A DNA stretch of 64,000 nucleotides from Chrysomallon squamiferum (lineage: Eukaryota > Animalia > Mollusca). A program made the translations under genes and the position numbers. Position 1 is the stretch's first letter. Each line of letters opens with the position of its first letter. The stretch covers positions 14,074,001-14,138,000 of the forward strand of contig CM022678.1 of the NCBI GenBank assembly GCA_012295275.1, read 5' to 3'. The notes under the pieces were generated by a model. The model made no database searches, was not told the DNA's origin, and saw only the letters and a program-made list of their open reading frames with translations. Below, piece by piece: positions 39,418 to 53,946 of the stretch.

Positions 39418-39595
39418 AAATACGTCATATAGTAAATTTCATTTGTGCATAAACGACCCTGTTCTGTTTAAATGGTCATTTCTTATTAAAATACATATAA
39501 AATATTCAGTATGTCTGTCTTCTGCACAAATAATATTGGAGAATACACGGAACAGAGGAACTGTGGAGACACTCAGTGTGTGCATATGAGTGTGT
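39418..39595 (+). repeat. ~180-bp direct repeat, copy 2, followed by degenerate (GT)n
   Basis: Near-identical to 36133-36312. Confidence 0.9.
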
Positions 39596-40448
39596 CTGTG
39601 TGTGTGTATGTGTTTTGTGTGTGTGTGTGTGTGTTGTGTGTATGTGTGTGGGTGTGAGTGCGTGTGCGCGCTCCTGTTTATCCGATTCTCCTTCTTGGGT
39701 TTTAGTTTGTTAGGAACTGACAGACACTTTGTATATCTTTAGAACCTTCCAAAAAATAAATAATAAAAAAATAAAATAAAAAATAACAATTATAAATACA
39801 TAAATAAATAATTAAAAATAAAGGACAAAGATACAAATATCAGAAAAAAACAAAAAAAACAGCAACAAGCAAACAGCAAATAATTACAAGAATATAAAGC
39901 CCACTTCATAAAATTATAAGGATATATAAATGAATACTTAACAAAGCGGGTATTTAGAGTGTGTAATAACACATAAATTAAGAAGTGTTTAAATGTGCCC
40001 AGGCAAGGCGGCCTGTTGTGACAGACTGACTTACAAATGTCATTAGTTGTATCCTTGCAATCCGGTCTGGAAAACCCTAATCAACTTACATTGATCCACT
40101 GAAAATTACGTTTTTAAACTCCATCTTACTTCCGAAACATTTTCTTTGTAGTCGAGAACGTTCAGCAGAACATTTATCATTACATTTTCAAACTACCTTA
40201 TTTCCGAACTATTATTTTTTTGCTGGTCTGTGTAAACACGTATTTACTGACGTAATGTCTTCCTGCTCCAACTACTTCACCGGTGCCTTAAGTCACAGTA
40301 GAGTGTTCCTGTTTGTCATGTCTTCAACAACAACAACAAATCCCTTCCTGATACTTGGAAGAGCAGCCGCTTCAGTGGCACCGCAGGTTTTCCCTCTTAT
40401 GTCGTTATTTTTTTTTAAATGTACTTTTTCTATAAAATAGATGTCAGT

Positions 40449-40551
<103 letters not shown>

Positions 40552-40779
40552 TTATATGTAGGCTCTACCAAAAAGAAGCACGATTCTAAATAAAAAAACT
40601 AAAGAAGCCAAACTGTAAGGTATATGAGCTGTGGAGAATGTTATATGATAACAGTAAATTAACTGGTCAAACACTGCAGTTTAGTATTACAGTAGGTTTT
40701 ATTATGAGCAACAAAAATCGTCAGCGACGATTTCAGTCAGAAGTGAAATCTAAAAGTTGAAGATATTTATTTTTTAATT

Positions 40780-40822
<43 letters not shown>

Positions 40823-40824
40823 TG

Positions 40825-40880
<56 letters not shown>

Positions 40881-43800
40881 GTAGTGGGTGATGCCGGTAG
40901 TGCTGTCCAGTAACGCACTGTGCCCAATAAAGGGAGGGGTGGAGTCAGTCAGCATTGGTGATACTACTTCTATCCGTTGCAAAATCTGTCATGTATCGCA
41001 CTGACCCGTTCGGGTGCTGTTCATTTCCAGTTCTTTTTCTTGGAAGTGTATTGCTTTACCTCAAAGATCAAATTAAATATTTGTTCCAGAAATTTTAGAA
41101 ACCTCGCTATTTATAATATATAAATATTAATGTCCGCCCATTTACTGTGTTTTTACAAATCAGCTTCTACATTGTTAATTACGAAAAATACTTAGAAACT
41201 GTCTACATGGCAAAATTATAATAACGATTTCTCCTAACCTTCCTTTAATTATTCAGCAGCATGTTGTATTTCACTCAGAAATACAGAAACCTGCAAGTGA
41301 AATAATGGCCTGTTGTTTCTAAAAAAAAAAAAAAAAAAAAAAAACGACAATAGCTACTTCTGTCTGTAATACAAAACTCGTGAAAAAATACAGCATAATC
41401 CAAAAGACTGTACAAAGCATATGAATTAGAGCCTTCTAAGAATAATACAAACAACAACAACATATTATAACTGTTTACTTATAACCTAGTGTAGGATCAG
41501 TTATAAATTAAACAGGAAAAAAATAATAATCTGTTAAAAATGTGATGCTTTGCAATGAAAATAAAATTTCATATTGTTCACATTACTGCTTTAAAATGTT
41601 TGATATTGTCGTGATTGTACAATAATATGTAAGAACGCCATACGTTTAGTTTGCTTCTGAAATAAGGGAACAAATTTAATGTGTAAAACGTTTACCAAAG
41701 TGTTATGTGAATCTAACAATTAACTCCATTTTAATTATTTTATATTAATAAAAAAAAAAAAAAAAAAAAAAAAATGTTTTTTTCATTAATCTTAAAATTT
41801 CTCTATAACAATAATAATAAACAAAAATTAAATAAATTCGTCAAATCAAATGCTATATTAAGAGGAAAACAAGTATATATATATATATATATATATATAC
41901 CCACACACAAGTCACATGTATATATATATTTGTATGTATGTATGTATGTCCTTCCTTTAAAACTTCAGCTTATATTAAATTCTATTAAAAAGGACAAGTA
42001 CACTAAAAGTTATTTGTAAAAATGTTAAACGTTACTCACGGTTCAGCTCGTATTAGACATTGTCGTATGTTCACTTCAGTCCGCCACACACGTGTTTTGA
42101 TTCATGTCGTTGGTTTAGTACTAGGTTTAGTGCTGTGAGGTATTGATCGCGGCAGAAGAACTGCGACAAAAAAATAGTTTTCCATGTACTAGTCAGTGAG
42201 TTGGTTTTATCATCTTGTACGGCGTGTTCATTGTTTTATCCAACACCAACAAATAAGGATTTTCACTTATACACAGACGACGTCACGAACATTTTGTTAG
42301 TGCTGGTTTTATTTTTATAGATAGGAATGGTTCCGGGATTGTCAGAGGATTGGCTTTAACTTTAGAACAACAAAACAGCAACAAACAGAGCAAATGGAAA
42401 ACAGAAAATCATCAATTCTTTCACTGTATAAATATGAAATAGGTGAAAAAAAGAAGAAAAAAAGATGAAGAAATAATAAAAAAAAGAATGTCACAAATTT
42501 TTAAATAACAAAATTTTATACACAGATTCTAAATTAATTTTCTATCACGTAGTGAATAAATACTGATATATCGACATTTTTGAATCAAAGGTAATAAAAT
42601 ATGAAGGAGAAAAAATAGCTGCATCACTCCAGAAGTCATTAATTCTAATTAGCAGATTTTTGTTGAGAATCTTAACTCTGAAACTGAAAAAATTAACATA
42701 GCTTATATCGTTTAAACAATAACAATTTTCACTAAGACATAATGGGACTAGGCTCAACCAAATATTATTAGGATTAGTACATGTATACAAACTATCACAG
42801 CTTAACAGCTGAATTAAAACCAAGACCGACTCTTTTTTTTTTTGGCCAAATTAACTACGCTATGCTGTTAATAATTAAGTAGAAGGGGAAAAACAAGAGC
42901 AAAAAAACTCCAACTATATCACGTGATAGCAAATCAGAAAAACTGTTGACTCTTTTTCCTGTATGTATGTTGATAATGGAAATTACTGGTATTTCACACT
43001 AAAATAAAAACTGTTAGACCATGCTCGATTAGACTGAGTCTAGAACCAAGTTATTAACAGCATTTATTGTATTAGTTTGTCATGTCACACGTAAAATAAC
43101 TTTATTCTAACACAGAAATAATTGCTTCTACTTCCGTCTTTGCTTTTTCCCTTCCTTTCTTTCATTTAATTTTTTTTTATTTTGCTTTTAACAAGTTTCT
43201 TTCTTCATTACTTGCACTGTTCTTTCAAATTATTATTATTATTTCTCACTATTTGTATGTTTGTCTAAATAAATTAATAAATAAATAAATAGAACATTAT
43301 TAAATAGACATCAAAAGAATCGAGAAATAACGAAAGTCAATTACCAGTGTTGCTGAGCTAAAGTTATGGCATCAGTTAATTGTTGACGTCAGCCCATTGT
43401 TTTATATTTCGATTAGGTGATACCTGTTCCAAACTTGGTCTTTGGCGATTTCCGAAAGGAAAACATAATTAGCTTTACGACCTTTCTTCTTCTTTTTATT
43501 ATTACTTTTTTTTAATTATAAAGTAACGTGCACATTTAATATATATATATATATGTTGAAGGTGAATATATATGGGTCTATGAATATGGGTCGATTATGG
43601 ACGATTATGGGTCGATTATGGACGTATATATTACACATAGATGTATGTGGGTGTGTGTGTGCGCGCGCTATGTATATACAATAATAAACCCGTAAGCTCA
43701 TCCTTTCTCTAACTTTCTTTCTCTGTGGACATTATTTTAAGGACTAGACAATTGCTACTATGTAACGAAGCATACTGATGAGTTAGGTAGCACATAAAAC

Positions 43801-44676
43801 ACTTCTCAGTTGCCAATATCCGCTTTTCTACAACAAATAACAGTTATCTGAAAACAGACAGAAACAGTTAATTCAGAATCAGCACTGATGTATGCTGTCA
43901 CTGGTACTCGTGACAGTTTTCTCACATTCAGTTTTATTTAGCTATAATCACAATTGGACATATACAAAACAAAATATATATATATATATATTTTATTAGT
44001 CTCTGAATATATCGGAGATTCCAAGTGAATGCTTGTAAAATAATCTGATTCGTTATTCATCATTGTAGCCATGTAATCTGATTCGTTTATCAAGATTTAT
44101 GCTACGTGTTGTATGTGGCGGAAAATACATTTTAAAAAGTGGTAGAGTTATATTCTGAATAATATAGCTAACTGTTTTCCTCATATATTGAAAATAGAGA
44201 TTTTTGTATTAATCACCGTCAGTAGATGTTACAGGTGTTAAACAAATGAATACGAGTTCAAACCTTCTTGTAGTATGCTCTAAAGTTCAATAATCAACGC
44301 TTTGGAATAATGTTATAAATTTTACCGCGAATTTCTGAATGATCATTCAAATAAGGAAAAGGATTTAATTACTTTGGTTTAAGACCGGAAATTGAAAAAA
44401 GTCTCGTTAAAATGAACTGTCATACTACAACTGGATTTAATGAGACTACGATGCAAACTGAAGCTGTTCGTGCCAACAATTAGTTCTTGCGCCGGCAATA
44501 ATTATGAAGAAGCCTATGAAACAACCACTTCTGCAGCAAATCAGCTGCCGCCATTTTGAAACGGAGTAAGTAGTAGCAGCGGCAAGAAAATGATTTCTAA
44601 GAGTTAAGTTACATCAAGGTTAAACGTACATCACATGTTTCCTTCGCTTGTTTATGTTGTGGTTTTATTTTACAGT

Positions 44677-44721
<45 letters not shown>

Positions 44722-44728
44722 GTAGTAT

Positions 44729-44772
<44 letters not shown>

Positions 44773-46368
44773 ATAATCATATAAACTAGTTCTAAGATAG
44801 GTCTCAGGAAAGCTTCTAGTGATAATTCTGTCAGGACGTGTACTTTAACGTGCTCCCGGCTCCTCCCAGTACAACCAACACCCACCAGTGTTTACATCAG
44901 TAAATAAGCTTCAGCTTGTAAAATCCTGAACAAGGAAGTTACATATATCTGAAATTCCATATTAGAAAACAAATGTAAAAAACGTGGGTGATTTTATTCA
45001 GGAAATTAAACTGCCAAGTGCAGTGTATCTAGCACTGGAATATTCATTAAATTATTAAGTAATTTCCAACTGGAGTTGTTTCTAATTATAATAATCGAAC
45101 TGACAAAGGGAAAAGAAAAATTAAAATTAAATGCTGTTACGGGTTTCTTTCGTTTTCTTTATTTTCTGTATGGTAATTAAGAATACACACAACGAATGAG
45201 TCATTCTACGAAATCTTCATGTCTTCTTCGCCTCGATTTTGCCCAACATTTTATAAACTTATTGGCTTTCTTTCTTCTCGGCTCATTACAGTCGTTCCCT
45301 TGTAGAAGAAGCTAGAAAAAAAACCGATGTTTTCGCTTTCCAGTCACACTGATATGCTGAAGTTCGATGTGAAAACATTTAATTTGCCATTAGTAAATTA
45401 TACTCTGTATGCGATTGATTAGGCAGGTGTGAATGCGTGTTGTCGAAAACAATTCAATTTTTCCATTAACAAATTAAATGTATTTCTTCTTTTTAATTTA
45501 GTTCTTCATCATCATTATCATTTTTATCATCATCATCATCATCATTATTATTATTATTATCTGGAATAATTAACTCGGACACTGTTTTATTTTGAATTTG
45601 ATTTTATTATTATTATTTTTTAATTCAAATTTATAAATAATATTGCAAGTCTCTGATGGCGAACTTTTAGATTAGTAAGTATCATTACTTGCATTCTGTA
45701 TCCTATTTCTGTTTCCTCATCATTATCAGATTTTTATCATCAAACATTTTTACTTTCAATTATTTTATTTTATTTCTTTTTCTTTTTAATATTTACATTT
45801 ACTTTTTATAATGAAAAACAAAAATGAGAACAAACAAAACGTTTAACAGTCTAAAAAATCTTCTTTCTTTTTCAGTCCGCATTTGATTTTAGCAACATCT
45901 TTCTCGTTCGATTTTAATTAATGTTCATTAACGGAATATAAAGCCTGGCACTTAGACATGAGAAGGAAAATCACTATAATTAAGTTGAGGCCAGTTCAAG
46001 GTATAACGATAAGTTAGAGGACAGTACTGGACAATAAGAAGAAACAATAAACAGTTTTACTGAAATGTTGAGACCCGCTACTCTCAGATGGCTGTCGGAG
46101 AACGGAAACAATTATTAAACAGAAATAGAACTTAATGACACAGCTGTAAAAGTGAAAATGTTTGATACTTTTACACTAAGCAGTGAAACTGTAATGACAC
46201 GAAATGAAGATGGTGACAAGGGGCAACTTTGAACTGTTCGCAGCGGCTTCACCCTCCCAAATCATCATTATTATTATTCCTGTATAATGATGATGATAAT
46301 GATATAAGAACAATGACAAGCATGCTATTGTAGATAATAAAAAAGATGATAACGGTAGTGATAATTAT

Positions 46369-46893
46369 GGTTTATTCCAGAACACGCCAGTTGTTCCATT
46401 TCTGGAAGTTTATTGCTCACCCTTACTAATTGGTGTTCCGTCACCTTAGCTGATGTTCCCGGTACCAGTGACGATTAATCGTACCATTGACGGTTGACTA
46501 TTGATCAGTGATCAAAGCAATAACAAAGGCAATTAATTACGATCAAACATAACAAACATCATGACTGTACAGTATTTATGTAGGTAGTATTTCCTGTCTC
46601 CAAATCTGATGTTATAACATTAATTCATACATCTCTTAATTGTTTTTGTTAACTCCATAATTGGTAGTATTTCCTGTCTAAAAATGTAACTGAGATATAA
46701 CATTAATTTCATGTCTCCAAACATTAATTTTCTTGCAATCTCTATTCCGGCTCACCTCTGTTCTTCTCACATCTCGTTATCCCCGTGCGTCTAAATTGGC
46801 GTTAATTACTGACGCCAGTTTTCCCATCTGGAAGCGGATTAGAACACCTCACCGCTTACCTAATCTGGAGACTGCCAGTTTTGGAAACATACC
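46369..46893 (-). mobile_element. Second MULE-family non-autonomous element, inverted relative to 31132-31729
   Basis: The reverse complement of its right end (ggtatgtttccaaaactggcagtctccagatta...gggaaaactggcgt...) matches the left ~110 bp of the 31132 copy. The other end is ggtttattcc. 8-bp TSD ataattat / gtaattat. Confidence 0.75.
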
Positions 46894-47964
46894 GTAATTA
46901 TGATGTTGACAATATTGATGATGGTATTGATGTTAAAAGAATAATATTGAAGAACTACATTTTTGAACTGGACAAAGCATAACTTTAAATAAACAATTTT
47001 GTGAGAGGCGTTTCCAATCATTGTTTAATGATATATCAACAAATATAAACAACGTGTGACATATGATTAAATATGTTATCTTAAAATTCTGTCAAACGCC
47101 AAAACAAAATTCTGGAGTTGCCACCTTAAACTTACATTAATTATGAGAAAGTAGTCAGATGAAACACTATCACGACAGTGGACCAGTTACAGTTAAACTG
47201 TGATTTGTTAAAAGTGGTCAAGAAGAAAGTATCAACAAAATCATCAAACTAAACATGTAACCCAGTCAGGACTGCGTTCTGTTTAAAGTTTTACAATACA
47301 GTTCTTTTAAACTTGTATACAATTTAAATTAACTGAGATGGACATGATAAATAACATAATTACATGTAGAGTAAAGATTACAATTAACAAATCAATTTAA
47401 GTAGAAGTCCAAAACTCGAAAAAGCAGGCTGTAAATAATCGTAAACAAACACAAAAATACAACTTTTTGTTAAATAATTTTATCACTTATGGCATGAATC
47501 GGTATAGAATATTTTGTTAAAGGCCTTGTTTTATTAGAAACAGAACATCGATGTTTACGTGTAGATATTTAATTTTATGTTTGTGACAATGGCTTGGCTT
47601 TATAACATTCGATACGTTGTCGCTTTTCAGGTCGCGCTGCCATTACAGCGAATTCAATAAAACGACACACCTATTGATGCAAACTTCTGCCTTTGACACT
47701 AAATCTAAATAAGTGAACTTACTTAGGTAAAACGCACACTAATAATAATCTTCTTCATTTAGCTGTTTTATATTGCTCACAAGAAACATGGAGTCATTGT
47801 TTATTAGACCTTCAAAACGTGCGATCATTTCATTCTGAACATGCGATAGTCTAATTACGTGCAAATTGCCGTCATTGTTTAAGAAGTGGCCGTAGTTGCC
47901 AAATGGTGCAGGTTTATACAGAAATTCGGGTTAGTTAAATGCGAGTATTTTTGTACACATACAG

Positions 47965-50816
47965 CAGTGGTTCTCAACCTTTTTCTACTCTCGACATACC
48001 TACGAGCGCATGAAACTGTCGCAACACAGTAATAATTTTAAATATTATATGATGAAATCGTAAAATAAATTAATAAATACATATATGGACTTGTCTGATA
48101 CAGTTTATTATGTTAGTATCCCAGAATTGCTACTTACTAGTGTGAAACTTGTGCCTGGTTTTGTCTTATGACTTCTTGAATATTTGGTCGTATGTGCGAT
48201 GAGCAAACCCTCATTTCTTCTTCAGTGGAACGTAGTCTTTCTCTCTTCTTATTTTTTATATTATTTAAGGTTGAAAAGCCCAATTCACACAAGAAGTAGA
48301 GAATTGTAAAAGAACTAACAGGGCTTTTTCAGCTAATGCGGGAAATTCCTTTTGTATTGAAATCCAAAATGTGTCGATATCTACCTCAGAATGCTTTATT
48401 TTAAGACTGCGGTCACTTGAAATGGTAGCCAATTCTTCTTCTTCGCATAATTTAAACCCAATATTAGAAGGAACATCTACAAAAGGATTACGAACCCAGT
48501 CGTACTTTTCAGCGACGGAAAGTAGTGGTCGATGTTTTCTTCGAGCGCTGTCAGATGCTCAACCACGATAGGGATCATTTCTTTAGTGCAGTTAGTACGC
48601 ATTGTAGGAAACACATCAAACTCACCCAACTTTGCTCTGTTTTTCCAAATAACAATTTTCTTTTTAAGGGCAACCAATTTATCTGTCGAAGTTAGAATAT
48701 TTTCGTTTCGACCTTGCATACTACTGTTCACAATATTAAGTTGACCAAATATTTCCGTTAAATATTCCATTTTGGCCATCCAAAATTCACATCGAAGATA
48801 TTTACAAAATCTTTCGTGCTTTTCTTTATCAAAAAATACTATTAATTCCTTCTGTAATTCATGAACGCGAGTTAACACTTTACCTTTTGACAGCCATCGA
48901 ACGTCGGTATGCACGAGTAAGCGAACATGTTGAGAATTGACAATTTCAACTACTTGATGTAACACTTGCTTCAAATCTTCTTATGATACTTTTGAAACTA
49001 AAACTTCTCTATGTAAAAAGCAATGAGTACGAACAAGATTTGGATTTTCTTTCTGTGCTAGTGATGCAAAACCTTTAATGCAGCCTACCGTACATGGTGC
49101 ACCATCAATACAAATACCAACACAAAACTTCCACGTCAAATACATTTTTTTATGATAGCCGGTTATCATATCAAAAATATCTTGACCTCTAGTAGTTGTT
49201 GGCATTTCTTTACAACACAAAAACTGATTGATTATTTCATCGTCGTTAATGAAACGAACAAATACAAGCAATTGAGCACTGTTACTGATATCGGTCGATT
49301 CATCAACTATTAAAGCAAATTCAGATCCTTCAAGTTTTTTCTGAACATTAGTTTCAATGTTTTCAGATAAATCTACAATTCTCCTGTGTATTGTATCATT
49401 TGAAAGCGGAATTTTACTAATTTCTTTTTCAGCTGTTTCGCCTAACATGGATTTCACCATCTTTTTACAAGCGGGAAGGATAACTGACTCGGCAAGAGTG
49501 TGGGATTTGGATTTCATTGTTATTATTTCAGCTACCTCAATTGAAGCGAGTTGAGCCCGTTCAGACACCGTCATTGTTTTCTGAAAAACATTGCGTTGCT
49601 TTGATTGCTGTTGTAACAGTCTTTGAAAATAATTAAGATCTTTATCTTGTAGGTAGGAATGTTTAGTCGTGAAATGTCTTTGTAATTTATTTGGTACCAT
49701 GGATTCATTGGCCATTTTTTCACCACAAACTATACATAATGGACACGGTTGAGCAACATCTCCTGACCAAGAAAATCCAAACTTCAAATAATCATCACAA
49801 TACCGTCTATTATGGTGAACTTATGCCTTTTTTGTGCTGGATTTTGTGGGCTTCATTGTATGTTCTGTTTCAACCTCACACCCGTCACTAATCCTTATTT
49901 TTAACAAATTTATCCATTGTGAAGGGGTATTCATAAGCAATTAACACGCGCGTACTCTAACCAGTAACAGTAAACAACAGGCAGTGTTAAACTGATCCGT
50001 GTGTCAACGGTCAACCTCCTGTGTCAAAACTGGAACATTAAGTAGTGTTCAAATTTTTTTTTTCACTCAATCACCTTCTGAAATATATGGTAAAAACTAA
50101 CCTTTATTCTACCAATGCAATAACAAAAACTGAATATCTTTATTTAACTCAAGTATTGCGAACTAAAAACAATAGCTTGAAAGTACGTGAACAACACTGA
50201 TTCTGAGCTAAACAAATTGAAAAATATGCAAGCACAGAAAACAGCGTTCAGTTCTAGTTATGATTAGTCATAAGCTAATTTAGTTTAAATTGATCTGTAA
50301 TTTTGAGGTCAAAATTAAGTGGACAGTACGATAGAGTTTGATGTAAGTAAATAGTAAACACTGTTAAGAACAGATTTGCCGAGACGACAGATTTGCAAAG
50401 TCTGCTCTAACTAGCATAATTTCTTAACTAAATACACCTAGTTAGCTACATCTCTTTACTAATAAGTGTTTAAGAATGACAGTAATTTAAAACACAGCGA
50501 AGTTAATTCGGCAATCGGCATTATGCACGCGCACACACGACCAGTGCGGAACAACACCACACACACAACCTATCACACTGACGTCTCATGGGCAACTGAT
50601 CGACCTTGAGCGAAAGGTGCAAAGATTGGTGGCCGCCACTGATCAGTGGACTTTGAATGTGTGCATATTCATTGGAGAAAGGAAGTTCCTTCCTCCAAGG
50701 CTTATTAGTAGAACACGAAACCGAGATTTATGCACATTGTCCGTGTTTTCAGGTGTTCGTCACAAAGTTTCGCGACACACATGACGGAGCCTCGCGACAG
50801 CGGTTGAGAATCACTG
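47965..50816 (-). mobile_element. Full-length hAT (Buster/Charlie-type) DNA transposon, 2852 bp
   Basis: 15-bp TIRs cagtggttctcaacc / ggttgagaatcactg. Perfect 8-bp TSD acatacag on both sides with the central TA typical of Buster elements. Contains an internal transposase. Confidence 0.95.
48137..49917 (-). pseudogene. Inactivated Buster-type hAT transposase (ZBED8/SCAND3/FAM200-like)
   Basis: MDKFV start, BED-like CIVC..LQRH, catalytic ALIVDESTD, ICIDGAP and CELGFS, THCFLH, VRWLSKG, and a QAQVSH* end. Disrupted by a 5' frameshift and stop, an in-frame TAA at 48981-48983, and frameshifts near 48505 and 48295. Confidence 0.9.
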
Positions 50817-51399
50817 ACATACAGCGACAGAGAGAGAGGAGTATTTTTGTACACATACACAGAGAGAGAGAGGGAGCGTTCCATGCATATTAGTAATAGA
50901 CAGACTGGAAGGTCAGCGCAGTATAAACATTGTGTTATTATTGTTAGATAAAAATATTGTAATATGTTTTACACCCACGTGTTAAGATAAACAGATACAC
51001 CTAATCAACGTTGTCAGGCTATTGGTTGTATTTCAGTATTAAATCAGAAAACATTGGTCATCTCTCTCGCTCGGGAGATCTAGGATCAGACATGATTAGA
51101 AATAAAAGTATACTAAGCTTTTTATTAATGCTGTTAATGATAAAATAAATTAATCAAGCTGAAACAAAACAGTCTCCAGTTGGTGATTATTAATTAAGAT
51201 TTACATTATGTGCTTTTATCTCAACATAAAAATATAAAGTTCTTACTGACTTGTCTTTTTACTGCGGTGTCTCTCGAGATGAGGTTAATCTAACAAACTC
51301 TCTCTCTCTCTCACACACACGTGGTACTTTTTCAAGGATGTAAATCATCGATCGACCAACCCCGATTGAGAGTAAACCAATCACTCTGACTTACATGTG

Positions 51400-52026
51400 T
51401 GTCGTATGGTACTGGTGTGACGTAATTTGTACGCGTAATGTGGAGGACTGATAATGCACTTCGCGTACAACAACACAATCTCCGTCATCTCACTCGTTTA
51501 CTTCACGTGGTGACCTCGCCGCGGAATCATTGCTGTTGGGTTGTGCTCGCGTTTTGTGTAGTATTTTGCCAAATTTCTTTTTTCTGATCATGGCTTGTAA
51601 GGACATGAATGCAAAGGACAGCGCTGAGAAGAAGAAGCGGATGATGTCCTTTGAAGTGAAGAACAAAACCATAGAAAACATAATCACGGTGTGCATATAG
51701 TCAACATGGTTAGGCAGTACGAGTGTAATATTTCTACGATATGTACCATACTAAAGCAGATGGAGTCGATAAAGACTGTAACTCCAGCCAAAGGTGTTAA
51801 AATAATTTGTCTGATCTTCAAGATAAATACACTTTACAAAACCAATTTATTTCTTTACATTTTCTTTTATTTTGTTTTAAAAAAATAGGGTGGCTTGGGT
51901 GGGGCCTGGAATGGATTAATGGTATTTCAATTAATTTCAGTTGGGAAAATTGATTTAATATACGAGCAAATTGAGTTACGAGATCGGTCACGGAACGAAT
52001 TGAACTCGTAAGTCAAGGTACCACTG
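51400..52026 (+). mobile_element. Tigger/pogo (Tc1-mariner) deletion derivative
   Basis: Frameshifted CENP-B-like N-terminus from ~51589 (KDSAEKKKRMMSFEVK..IE..GVHIVNMVRQY..ISTICTILKQMESIK..PAKGVKI). Right TIR ctcgtaagtcaaggtaccactg is followed by TA. Left TIR not found, so the left boundary is approximate. Confidence 0.8.
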
Positions 52027-53846
52027 TATATATATTTCTGCACACTTTCTTTTGAACCATTCAGTTATTTACAATTGGCGCTCTTCCCTCTATTTAACGG
52101 ATCCCTATTTGCGGGATTTCAGAAAATCCGGTTAAAATCCAGGATATATGTATGTCCCCTCGCGTGAGTCAGTTTTATGTTTAAATTGGCCGTGTGTGCA
52201 TTCATGCATTCGCGTTTTGTCTTTTATTTTAGAATTCTCAAGCTTTTATTTTTATTTTTTTATTTTTTTTTGTTCTTTGACTGTGTCACCACTATAAGAC
52301 CGCAATAAGACAAACTCAGTCTGCTGTCCATTCAGTGTAAGTAAAAACTGAACGTAAAATAAATTTATTTGTATGTATTATTATACTTTGTTAATATTAA
52401 ATTTCCGGACAAAACTTTCCCTATTTGTGCATTATATGAAAGGTCTACTGTATCATAACATAGTGATGTTGTATCAGATAATAATTACTATACTAAGACA
52501 GAGCAGACTGTAGTTGGCGTGTTAGATGTCACTGAGTCACAAATCACAGTGCAGTGAAACGTCTCCTACATCACATAAGTTACGAATGTTCTCCACGGTT
52601 TTCAGTTGAAACTGTTTTCCGAACAAAGAGAATTAATCGACCGAACAGACGATTTACTTGTAACACACACACACACACAGACACACACACACACATATAA
52701 ATTGCACATAAAAATCATAATTAGATTATACAAATTATACACAAGTTTTATCTCTAAAACATTATTATTACAAATTCATCTTAGTTATAACTAAATACGT
52801 GGACGTTAATACTTTCTCTTCTTTGTTCTTTCTCTAAATTATTTTCCTTATTTTCTTAGGCTTTGTTTTTACATTTCAAAGTCAATTTTAGACTGACTGA
52901 TTCAAATTAACTCAATCTGGGAAGGTCAATCTGATTCGTCTGCCTATTAAACTGTATTTATTAACTTATAGCTTAAAGCTCAAAGGTACAACAATCTGAC
53001 GGAAGTACAAGTCAGTAGGAGGATGGATAAATAAAACAGTTTCAGATAAGAACTGTCTGTATTAACTGTCAGACAGATTAGACAAAGGAAGGAACGTAAA
53101 CAGATCTGGTTCCAGTGCTGAAAGAAATAATGAAATGAAACAGATAAACAAAATGAAAATGAGTGAACGAAGACAAAATTATGAATGAAAGAGACAAATA
53201 TAACAAAGAATATAAAAAAGATTCAGTTCAAAAACAAATAAATATTAAGGATTTCACTTTTTGGTGTTTTTGTTGCTAGTATTATTTCTTTACTTGTTGC
53301 TCGTCTGAATCCATGACTTTTTTCTTTTCTTTTAAACTCTGTCAGTGGGAAATAATTTCAGACTGAGGTTGTTATTCTCTCTATGCATTTTACAACTACT
53401 TTTCATTTGATTTTATAATGTTGACATTATGTTTGCTTCGATATTATATTTTTATATTAGTTACTTAATCTAATTCGTTACTGTAAACCAGATATTATGG
53501 TATGAAACTAGTGTGACGTAACTTGTACGCGTAATGTGTAGGATAATTATGCACTTCGCGTCGCCCAAATTCCGCAAGTAATAGATGTATATGTCTGTTG
53601 TCACAAATAAACTAAAAGTGTAACAAATGAATAACGTTTACAATATTTAGAGAGGTTACTGTTGCTGTGTCTGAGCTTCTTGTTTAAGATTGTTTTATAA
53701 TAAATACTGAGTGTGTATAGTACAGTTATTTAGTTTATGAACCAAATACTCAAAATTACGTGAGTAAACAATGTCGAGTACCGAAAGGTAATAATCCAGA
53801 TCTAAATAATAATCTTAAACAGTTCCCTGAACTCATTTCGCGTTCT

Positions 53847-53946
<100 letters not shown>

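Noticed and set aside
44540-44565. YY1-like GCCGCCATTTT motif / ATGGCG start on the minus strand (similar motif at ~57960)
   Set aside because: The downstream ORF closes after ~24 codons with no clear splice donor. Such motifs are common in transposon fragments, so this is insufficient to call a gene.
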